64,000 nt of DNA from a virus (IMGVR_UViG_3300045988_129305:25078-89077); one strand, 5' to 3'. Numbered from the stretch's first letter, positions 56,371 to 62,867 are shown. A program made the numbers and translations. The notes: generated by a model from the sequence alone, not told the origin.

Positions 56371-57057
56371 TTAACAACTTAATCTATTCTTTGCTATTTC
56401 AAAATAATCTTTATTTAACTCAACGCCAACATATTTACGACCAAGATTTTTTGCTACAAAACAATGACTACCACTACCACAACACGGGTCGAATACGGTT
56501 TGAACTTCGTTCGTGTTATCTTTAATTAAATCTTCAAGTAAAGCATGGTTCTTCTCAGTAGGATGCAACTTACTCCGGCCATTGGGGTAATGAAACACAG
56601 TATTTTTGCAATGAGCATTAAATGTTTTAGCCCCTTGCTTTTTATACCATACACCCATTTCAACACCGCTGAGATAGATATACTGACCATTCATAGGGCT
56701 TGGGTTAGTTTTCTCCCAGATGACAGGACGTACAGTACCCTTACCAATATCGGCAAAGGATTTATAGATTTGACTAAATTGCTCCTTGCCACAGAAGATA
56801 CAAACGGAATTGGAAGTAACTCTTAATACCTGTTTAAGAAACTCATCAAGGTTAAAAGTGATAATATCCGCGTTGCCTTTGTCGAGATTTCTTAGGCCAT
56901 TACTATCTCGATTTACGGCATCATAAGGAATATCAGTAATGGTAAAATCAACAGAGCCTTCATCCATCTTAGCCATAATATCAAGACAATTGGCATTAAA
57001 TAGCATACCAGATTTGTCTTTGTAATCCGCCTGTTTGTAAAGTTCATTAAGATTCAT
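56371..57057 (-). CDS. DNA N6-adenine / N4-cytosine methyltransferase (beta class)
   Basis: 228 aa. TDIPYD (DPPY-like motif IV) precedes FDPCCGSGS (motif I). Confidence 0.8.
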   Translation of the reverse strand: MNLNELYKQADYKDKSGMLFNANCLDIMAKMDEGSVDFTITDIPYDAVNRDSNGLRNLDKGNADIITFNLDEFLKQVLRVTSNSVCIFCGKEQFSQIYKSFADIGKGTVRPVIWEKTNPSPMNGQYIYLSGVEMGVWYKKQGAKTFNAHCKNTVFHYPNGRSKLHPTEKNHALLEDLIKDNTNEVQTVFDPCCGSGSHCFVAKNLGRKYVGVELNKDYFEIAKNRLSC

Positions 57058-57073
57058 TTATACCTACACCTCA

Positions 57074-57301
57074 TTAAACATTAATATAATGGCATGGAAC
57101 ATACATCTTATTATTATTTTCAGTTACAATAGGCAATACATCCCAATAATTTCTTTGAACTTCTCTATTAGCCAATCTTGGAGGAATAATAAATAAATCC
57201 TCATGGTCAATCCAACAAGTAGCCACTTCATATCCATCCTCACAAATGGCGCACAGTTCATGTACATTTGTTTCACGTCTAAGAAAATCATAAAGTTTCA
57301 T
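57074..57301 (-). CDS. hypothetical early protein
   Basis: 75-aa ORF with AAAGGAGG SD. Confidence 0.55.
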   Translation of the reverse strand: MKLYDFLRRETNVHELCAICEDGYEVATCWIDHEDLFIIPPRLANREVQRNYWDVLPIVTENNNKMYVPCHYINV

Positions 57302-57548
57302 AATAAAACAAACCTCCTTTATCAGTTTTATTCGTCATATTTTCGACTCGATTTTCAGATTCATCGAATTTACTTTTAAGGTATTTCTTTATTTTATTAG
57401 CACTGGTCATAGATTTACACTGTTCATATACGATATTAATAGCCGCATCATAACCAGCCATTATACCACGATTAAATGATTCTTTAAGCTTCGGCTCAAT
57501 CGTATCGGCTATTATCTGCTCAAGCTTCTTATTATTCTGTTCGTCTAT
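57288..57548 (-). CDS. hypothetical protein with possible non-canonical (ATA) start
   Basis: Open frame 57554-57288. AAGGAG sits 9 nt upstream of ATA 57548. The first ATG would give only 57 aa with no SD. Fills an otherwise empty 260-nt gap. Confidence 0.4.
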   Translation of the reverse strand: MDEQNNKKLEQIIADTIEPKLKESFNRGIMAGYDAAINIVYEQCKSMTSANKIKKYLKSKFDESENRVENMTNKTDKGGLFYYETL

Positions 57549-57561
57549 TTTATATCACTCC

Positions 57562-57870
57562 TTAACTAAAATCACAATTAGGACAACACATCTCAGACAT
57601 TTCTTCAAATCGCATAGGTTCATCTACTTCAGGATGATATTCACGCCAAGTAAATGTCTGCAACTTACTACCACAATAAGGGCAATAATTCATAGATATA
57701 AGCTCGTCTCTTGCAACTTCCACAAGCTCAAGTAGATTACCAGTAGATAGCCAAGATAAACAATCAACAGTCATAGATTCATCGTCTTTATAATATTCTC
57801 TAATTGCATCTATAATTTCATTTTTCATCTGTTTTATCCTCTTTCGGCGTAAACATTTCACACATGTCAT
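57562..57870 (-). CDS. zinc-ribbon protein
   Basis: 102 aa, CPYCG..CCPNC. Confidence 0.55.
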   Translation of the reverse strand: MTCVKCLRRKRIKQMKNEIIDAIREYYKDDESMTVDCLSWLSTGNLLELVEVARDELISMNYCPYCGSKLQTFTWREYHPEVDEPMRFEEMSEMCCPNCDFS

Positions 57871-58009
57871 TCCACGTCACTTGCTGGACAAAGCCATCGG
57901 GTTCATTAGCTAAGACAATACAACAATCTTTAACAAACTCTCGATATGGCTGATATATAACATGGCGAAATGGCTTGCAATAAATACAATTCATACAACA
58001 TTCAGTCAT
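57818..58009 (-). CDS. Cys-rich small protein
   Basis: 63-aa ORF. Confidence 0.45.
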   Translation of the reverse strand: MTECCMNCIYCKPFRHVIYQPYREFVKDCCIVLANEPDGFVQQVTWNDMCEMFTPKEDKTDEK

Positions 58010-58256
58010 TTTTATTATCCTCCATACATACTTCCATCAGCTTTATCCAACTCAAAATATACTTATCAAGCCCATCTTCCCAATCTTCCATAAGTCTCAT
58101 TCCAACAGAATTTATTTGCCAATAGCCCAATTCAGAATCGTATTCAATGAAGGCTATAACATAACAACTCGTTTCTTTATACCAATCAACCAGCTCGAAT
58201 TTATTTTCATCTTGGGATTCTGGTACAGGTCGAATTTCAAAATTTTTATATCTCAT
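58002..58256 (-). CDS. hypothetical early protein
   Basis: 84-aa ORF. Confidence 0.5.
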   Translation of the reverse strand: MRYKNFEIRPVPESQDENKFELVDWYKETSCYVIAFIEYDSELGYWQINSVGMRLMEDWEDGLDKYILSWIKLMEVCMEDNKND

Positions 58257-58543
58257 GTTTTTCTTTACTCACACGCATCTATAATATCTCCCATATCACA
58301 AAAAGTTCCCTGCCAATGAAGGTAATAGGAGTAAGCCCTAAACTCAGAAAAACTTGTATCTTTATTCATTTCTATTCTTCTCTTTCCTTATTTCGTCTAC
58401 AATATCTATAACTGCTTCTACAATTATTCCTATAAGCCAAATCACAGGCCAAACCCCAAAACTAAAATACAATTACTAACATATCTTTCACTGGTATCTG
58501 GTTCATGTGTTGCTTTCCAAAAATATGTCGTTTTGATCATGTT

Positions 58544-58765
58544 TTACCTCTCAACCTTTTCGTTGAATTTTTCAGCCAATTTGTCGGCATCAACCAACCG
58601 TATTGATAGTGCCTCCATCCATTTTTCACCGCTTCCCAAAAACAGCTTGAGCAGCTCAATGTCGCACAGTACCCATACGCCGATTGCCATCAGATCCGCA
58701 GCCGTTGTTGGCGCGGCCACCCCTGCCGCACAAGCAAGCGCGGCGAAAATTGTAAAACATATCAT
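58544..58765 (-). CDS. small membrane protein on a GC-rich patch
   Basis: 73 aa with an Ala-rich helix FAALACAAGVAAPTTAADLMAIGVWVL. The local sequence is much more GC-rich than its flanks. Confidence 0.5.
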   Translation of the reverse strand: MICFTIFAALACAAGVAAPTTAADLMAIGVWVLCDIELLKLFLGSGEKWMEALSIRLVDADKLAEKFNEKVER

Positions 58766-58977
58766 TCTCTCACGTCCATTCTCGCGCCATAATTAGGACA
58801 GTAATTCTTAGAATTGTCCACGCCAAGGCTATTTTTTTGGTTCATTTCGGCTTCACATTGTGAGCAAATGACAAAATCGCCATCAGATATCCATCTCCCA
58901 TACACCACCGGTTCATAATCTTTTTGAATAGCAATACGCTTAAATTCACTGTCACTTAGTTTAATGTTGTCAGCCAT
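58762..58977 (-). CDS. zinc-ribbon protein
   Basis: 71 aa, CSQC..CPNYG. Confidence 0.5.
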   Translation of the reverse strand: MADNIKLSDSEFKRIAIQKDYEPVVYGRWISDGDFVICSQCEAEMNQKNSLGVDNSKNYCPNYGARMDVRE

Positions 58978-58978
58978 T

Positions 58979-59215
58979 TCATTTACTCCAATCTATCGCT
59001 TGCCCACAATTACTACAATATTTCAAGCGAGTGCCTTTATTAGTCAGCGGCAAATAACCACACGAACACAACCCATTAGAATTTGGTTTCTTTGGAATTT
59101 GTTTACCCAAAGCATCTAATGCACACATTAGCGCACACTTGTCAGTCAATAGTCCGAACCAAACAAATCGTTTATAATGCCTGTTCATATACTCTGACGC
59201 TTCCTTATAGGTCAT
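58979..59215 (-). CDS. zinc-ribbon protein
   Basis: 78 aa, CSCG..CSNCG. Confidence 0.5.
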   Translation of the reverse strand: MTYKEASEYMNRHYKRFVWFGLLTDKCALMCALDALGKQIPKKPNSNGLCSCGYLPLTNKGTRLKYCSNCGQAIDWSK

Positions 59216-59216
59216 A

Positions 59217-60068
59217 TTACCATAACTCCTTTCTCATAGCATTTTCAACATCATCTTCAGACGATTTAATATATCTATTAGTTGTCTGTATATTACTATG
59301 TCCAAGCATATCACGAATAGTAGCTACATCAACGCCATTTTTATTAGCAATAGTAGCACACGCAGCTCTAAGCCAATGAGGACTGATTTCTTTCCAATAA
59401 CTCAATCCAGCCCTATATGCTATCTGCTTAAGACTCTTACAAGCATTAGCCTCATTTATAACATTACCTTCAAACGATTCAAACAACATGGTATGCTGAC
59501 GACCATTGGCAATTTCATCGGCTATATACTTATCTATATACATCATTGTTTTCTCATTGATATATATTTTACGTTGCTTATTGCCTTTACCTGTAATGAT
59601 TATATCATTAGTTTTACCAGCTCTAAATTCTTCATATTGTTTCATCGTAATGCTATTCATTTCGGCAAAACGAAGCCCAGTTGAAGCCAATATAGATATT
59701 ATTGCTCTTGCTCTCGGCGATTCAGTAGCGGCTATCATCTTAGATACATCCTTAGCCGTCATGCACTGTTTGACTTTAGGATTATTTTTGAGCTTTTTAA
59801 CTTTATCAAATGGATTATCATCAACCATATCCATATCTTCAAGCCAAACCCAATAGCTCTTTATAGCACTGAGCCGAAGATTGATGCTACTTGCACTCAA
59901 GCCAGTCAATGTAGCCTTATAACCAATCAATTCGGCATTGCCGATTTCTTCTTCAGGCTTATCGCAGAACCGCATAAACTCATTTATGTACTTAACATAA
60001 TTTTTTATTGTCTGCTCAGATTTCTTATCGGCTCTAAGTGATTTAATATACTGGTCTATTCTATTCAT
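59217..60068 (-). CDS. int: tyrosine recombinase / integrase (XerC/D-like)
   Basis: 283 aa. SAM-like N-domain, ..GLRFAE.., HWLRAACAT and LGHSNIQTTNRYI (R-H-R-Y catalytic set). Confidence 0.9.
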   Translation of the reverse strand: MNRIDQYIKSLRADKKSEQTIKNYVKYINEFMRFCDKPEEEIGNAELIGYKATLTGLSASSINLRLSAIKSYWVWLEDMDMVDDNPFDKVKKLKNNPKVKQCMTAKDVSKMIAATESPRARAIISILASTGLRFAEMNSITMKQYEEFRAGKTNDIIITGKGNKQRKIYINEKTMMYIDKYIADEIANGRQHTMLFESFEGNVINEANACKSLKQIAYRAGLSYWKEISPHWLRAACATIANKNGVDVATIRDMLGHSNIQTTNRYIKSSEDDVENAMRKELW

Positions 60069-60100
60069 TTTGTTTACCTCCCGCTCTTTATCTTGGTTAT

Positions 60101-60129
60101 ACTATATCACAGATATTTTTATTTGTCAA
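60101..60129 (-). promoter_or_regulatory. sigma-A-type promoter upstream of int
   Basis: On the - strand: TTGACA (60129-60124), 17 nt ending CTGTGA, TATAGT (60106-60101). Confidence 0.6.
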
Positions 60130-60134
60130 TAACA

Positions 60135-60179
60135 AAATGAGCAAATCCCTAAATTTTTTCTTAGAAGATTTGCTCATTT
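60135..60179 (-). terminator. rho-independent terminator closing the tRNA/ncRNA unit
   Basis: 13-bp perfect stem AAATGAGCAAATC (60135-60147) / GATTTGCTCATTT (60167-60179). On the - strand it is followed by TTTTGTTATT. Confidence 0.7.
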
Positions 60180-60231
60180 ATGAAAAGAAAGGAGGTGAAC
60201 AATGAAAGCTTCCCCACAAGCCATCACCGAC

Positions 60232-60313
60232 TGGAACGAGAACGAGGAATCGAACCTCAAAAATTATATACTAGAGTTCCTATGACTTATATATAACCCA
60301 CACCAGTTCTCGC
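60232..60313 (-). ncRNA. tRNA-like element A (canonical acceptor/T-arm/CCA, non-canonical anticodon arm)
   Basis: 82 nt. GCGAGAA(C) pairs with (G)TTCTCGT, T-arm GAGG-TTCGATT-CCTC, 3' TCCA. The central region gives only a 6-bp TATATA/TATATA stem with a 17-nt interior. No 5-bp stem with a 7-nt loop could be drawn. Confidence 0.45.
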
Positions 60314-60319
60314 ATATAA

Positions 60320-60434
60320 GCTCCATAATCAGAATCGAACTGATTTCCTCTCTCGGACTGTCTGTTATCATTAAAGAGCGACTTTAATGTTTTCTCACGA
60401 CCAATTAACAAGTATGCCCCTTACACCAATGGAG
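60320..60434 (-). ncRNA. tRNA-like element B (T-arm and 6-bp acceptor, about 115 nt, 8-bp central hairpin)
   Basis: CTCCAT pairs with ATGGAG. T-arm ATCAG-TTCGATT-CTGAT. Central hairpin CATTAAAG-TCGCT-CTTTAATG. No encoded CCA. Too long and irregular for a standard tRNA. Confidence 0.3.
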
Positions 60435-60759
60435 ATAACGCTACACTATCGTAGTAGCCAACGCTCATTGTTGTTCATCTACGCCTCGAATAAGGCTGTT
60501 TAGAATCAGAGATTCGATATTTGGTTAGATGCCTCTTGCATGAGTAGCTTGAGGTTAATTAGTCAAATTTCATCCATTAATCGCAATTAAATAGTATTGA
60601 CTAACTGCATTTGGCAATTACTGACAGACCAGCTTTACACTTATCTGCCCTCGGTTTGGCTGTGGAGAGGATGCCCAACATCATACACACAACTGTCTTG
60701 GTCACTTTCGTTGCCAATCTTTAGCTTAACGGACTAAAGATGAATCTCAGTAGATACCG

Positions 60760-60834
60760 TGGCGGGGGCAATAGGACTCGAACCTATAATGTTGGAGTCA
60801 AATTCCAATATGTTACCAATTACATCATACCCCT
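60760..60834 (-). tRNA. tRNA-Gln (anticodon UUG)
   Basis: 75 nt with encoded CCA. D-arm ATGT/ACAT with AATTGGTA loop, anticodon arm TTGGA-ATTTGAC-TCCAA, T-arm ATAGG-TTCGAGT-CCTAT. Discriminator G73 and an unpaired A1.C72, both consistent with Gln identity. Confidence 0.8.
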
Positions 60835-61365
60835 ATAGTTATTTTTTTTGCCCCAACCCCATAAATCGAATAGGCCAATGGTGCGCCCAAACATCTACCG
60901 TTCTGAATTGCCTTTAAGCGCTATTAGCACATTCAACCGGATAGACAGCCTTTTATCTATACGCACGTTCCCAATATAAAATTAACTATTTATTTCTCTC
61001 TGTAAATATTAAATAGTTGATTTGTTCAGTGCTCTTGGCCTTCGAGCTATCCTATGAAGTTGCTGTTCCCCAACTAATAGATTCCTTCACGTGCAATCTC
61101 ACGGTATAGTCTTGGCGTGTTTTAAGTGCTTCTTCTAATTCGCATTCACTATACTAACATCAGCACTATTTTAATTAGCCGTTAAGCTAAGTAAAACCAA
61201 TCAAGGAAGGTAAACCATATTTTCTCTAACCTATACAGAAATATGGAAAGAGGTTTATCATGTCTCGCCTGATTTTGAGCGGATAGTTTTAAGCTTTACT
61301 ATCAAAACTCCTTGTTTTTACCGTTTATAGGGTCGTTAAAACAAGTCAAAATCACACAGTCCCTT
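60835..61365 (-). ncRNA. 531-nt ORF-free spacer, candidate large structured RNA (family unknown)
   Basis: Lies between tRNA-Leu and tRNA-Gln inside one promoter-to-terminator unit. No ORF of 60 aa or more on either strand apart from a tRNA-antisense artefact. Several 6-8-bp hairpins by eye (61214-61246, 61281-61304, 61310-61346). Confidence 0.35.
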
Positions 61366-61450
61366 TGGTGCGGAATATGGGACTCGAACCCATAAGCCTT
61401 ACGGCATCCGAGCTTAAATCGGATGTGTTTCCCAGTTTCACCAATTCCGC
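61366..61450 (-). tRNA. tRNA-Leu (anticodon UAA), class II
   Basis: 85 nt with encoded CCA. Acceptor GCGGAAT/ATTCCGC, anticodon arm TCCGA-TTTAAGC-TCGGA, long variable arm TGCCGTAAGGCTT, T-arm ATGGG-TTCGAGT-CCCAT. Confidence 0.9.
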
Positions 61451-61463
61451 TCATTTCATCGAT

Positions 61464-61492
61464 ATTATATCACACAATTTTTATTTTGTCAA
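61464..61492 (-). promoter_or_regulatory. consensus sigma-A promoter directly upstream of tRNA-Leu
   Basis: On the - strand: TTGACA (61492-61487), 17 nt ending TGTGA, TATAAT (61469-61464). The predicted start is about 7 nt before the tRNA 5' end. Confidence 0.75.
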
Positions 61493-61583
61493 GAGGAAAT
61501 TTTATTTTCCAGAACTTTTATTTCTCACTGTGCCATCCACCGCTTTATCATGACAAGAACTTTATTTCCTCTTGACATCATGC

Positions 61584-61612
61584 ATTATAACATATCAATT
61601 TTGGTTTGTCAA
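61584..61612 (-). promoter_or_regulatory. second consensus sigma-A promoter in tandem
   Basis: On the - strand: TTGACA (61612-61607), 17 nt, TATAAT (61589-61584). Confidence 0.7.
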
Positions 61613-61633
61613 GCATTATTTTTAGAAATTTTA

Positions 61634-61804
61634 TTAGCACCAATAATGTGTACTAATTTTGCCATATCTTTCTGGATGTAACCGATTATTCTCATAACTG
61701 TTATGCTTATCAACTATATAAATAAGCAGACAACATATAAACAATACCAGAATTGTAATCCCAAATATTGCCCCAAAAATTATTTCCATTGCTGTCGGTG
61801 CCAT
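61634..61804 (-). CDS. small membrane protein (56 aa, not in the track)
   Basis: ATG 61804 after AAGAAGGATGG. MAPTAMEIIFGAIFGITILVLFICCLLIYIV.. First gene after promoter 61835-61863. Confidence 0.5.
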   Translation of the reverse strand: MAPTAMEIIFGAIFGITILVLFICCLLIYIVDKHNSYENNRLHPERYGKISTHYWC

Positions 61805-61834
61805 TTAACCATCCTTCTTTACTTTGTTAATTGA

Positions 61835-61863
61835 ATTATATCACATCAAATTCAATTTGTCAA
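61835..61863 (-). promoter_or_regulatory. consensus sigma-A promoter
   Basis: On the - strand: TTGACA (61863-61858), 17 nt ending TGTGA, TATAAT (61840-61835). Confidence 0.7.
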
Positions 61864-61872
61864 TACTAAATT

Positions 61873-62076
61873 TTACATTCTTCCCACTATTTTATGTCGA
61901 GCTATATTTCTATATGATTCAACGGTATTGGCATTAAGTTGTTTAATCCGAATATCAGAATTTATAGCATCCAGTTTAAACCTATAATCTTTGTATTCAC
62001 CGCAAACACCATGGCATCCTACAGCTCGATTAGTGCAATTAGCGCACGGTATATTAAGCCCATATTTAGATTTCAT
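61873..62076 (-). CDS. Cys-rich small protein
   Basis: 67 aa, CANCTNRAVGCHGVCGEY. Confidence 0.55.
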   Translation of the reverse strand: MKSKYGLNIPCANCTNRAVGCHGVCGEYKDYRFKLDAINSDIRIKQLNANTVESYRNIARHKIVGRM

Positions 62077-62198
62077 TATTTGCCATCCTTTATAAAATTA
62101 CTATAATTTTATCTCTAAAATCAATTCTAATTTTTAACGTCAAATTATATTATTTATATATTATCGAACGAAATAGAATCAATTTTATACTAAAATAA

Positions 62199-62447
62199 TC
62201 AATGATTTTTAGCTTCTCTTGCCTTTTGCAATCTCTCTTTTGCTGCTTGGCGCTGTTCTTCTGTCATCTGCCGTTTCGATCTTGATTTATTAACGCCAGT
62301 TCGCATCATATATAATGGACAATGTTCATCTACACACGATCTAACATCGGCAGAATTATAACCACAACACTCCAAACAAAATTCCTTTATTGCCGATAGC
62401 GGACTTGTCGGTCTGTCATGTCCATTCCTCAGTTTGATTTCATTCAT
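62199..62447 (-). CDS. zinc-finger protein (C..CC...C....CPLY family)
   Basis: 82 aa. FCLECCGYNSADVRSCVDEHCPLYMMR plus a basic tail. A motif common in prophage early regions (from memory). Confidence 0.65.
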   Translation of the reverse strand: MNEIKLRNGHDRPTSPLSAIKEFCLECCGYNSADVRSCVDEHCPLYMMRTGVNKSRSKRQMTEEQRQAAKERLQKAREAKNH

Positions 62448-62610
62448 TCGGCTTATTCTCCTTATTTGAATTTCTAATAATTATAGGTCTACCACAACAA
62501 TATCCATTGTCCGTTTCTCTTGCTATTTTAAGAGCTTCATCAAAAGAATCGGCTTCAATAAATAGCGTTTCCAGTTTATAACCACTAATTTCCCATAACG
62601 ATTTTTTCAT
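62440..62610 (-). CDS. small hypothetical protein
   Basis: ATG 62610 after GGAGGG. The track start 62685 lies upstream of the promoter. Confidence 0.55.
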   Translation of the reverse strand: MKKSLWEISGYKLETLFIEADSFDEALKIARETDNGYCCGRPIIIRNSNKENKPNE

Positions 62611-62644
62611 TTTGAATTTTACCCTCCATTCATTTGGTAAATTA

Positions 62645-62673
62645 AATATAACACACAAATCATATCTTGTCAA
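62645..62673 (-). promoter_or_regulatory. sigma-A-type promoter, rightmost of the leftward early set
   Basis: On the - strand: TTGACA (62673-62668), 17 nt ending TGTGT, TATATT (62650-62645). Confidence 0.65.
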
Positions 62674-62729
62674 TAGAAAAATCAAACTAAAATTTTCAAA
62701 TTAAAAAATAGGGGTCATTATGGACGACC

Positions 62730-62835
62730 ACGAATCTAAATTTCAAAAATCCCGCCCATTTTCGATTCAGAAAATCGAAATCAAAAATCCGAATCTGGAT
62801 TTCAAAAATGGAAGTCGAAAATCGATTTTGAATTT
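62730..62835. repeat. cluster of palindromes and direct repeats built on AAAATCGA / ATTTCAAAAAT
   Basis: TTTCGATT/AATCGAAA (62760-62780), AAATCC/GGATTT (62785-62802) and the 12-bp palindrome AAAATCGATTTT (62818-62829). Direct repeat GAATCTnnATTTCAAAAAT at 62732 and 62791. Confidence 0.7.
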
Positions 62836-62867
62836 AGAAAATACAACTCGTGTATATATGCGAATAT

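Noticed and set aside
61100-61120. + strand GGTATAGTC resembling the group I intron J8/7-P7 motif
   Set aside because: None of the other core motifs (CAACGACTA.., GTGCTCC) are nearby. The orientation is opposite to the transcription unit defined by the promoters and terminator.
61366-61450. The tRNA-Leu anticodon loop TTTAAGC could be misread as an ochre-suppressor (UUA) anticodon
   Set aside because: With a 5-bp stem TCCGA/TCGGA the 7-nt loop is T-T-T-A-A-G-C. Positions 34-36 are UAA, which reads Leu UUA/UUG. The long variable arm also fits Leu.
61365-61553. 62-aa + strand ORF
   Set aside because: It is antisense to tRNA-Leu and its promoter. No SD.
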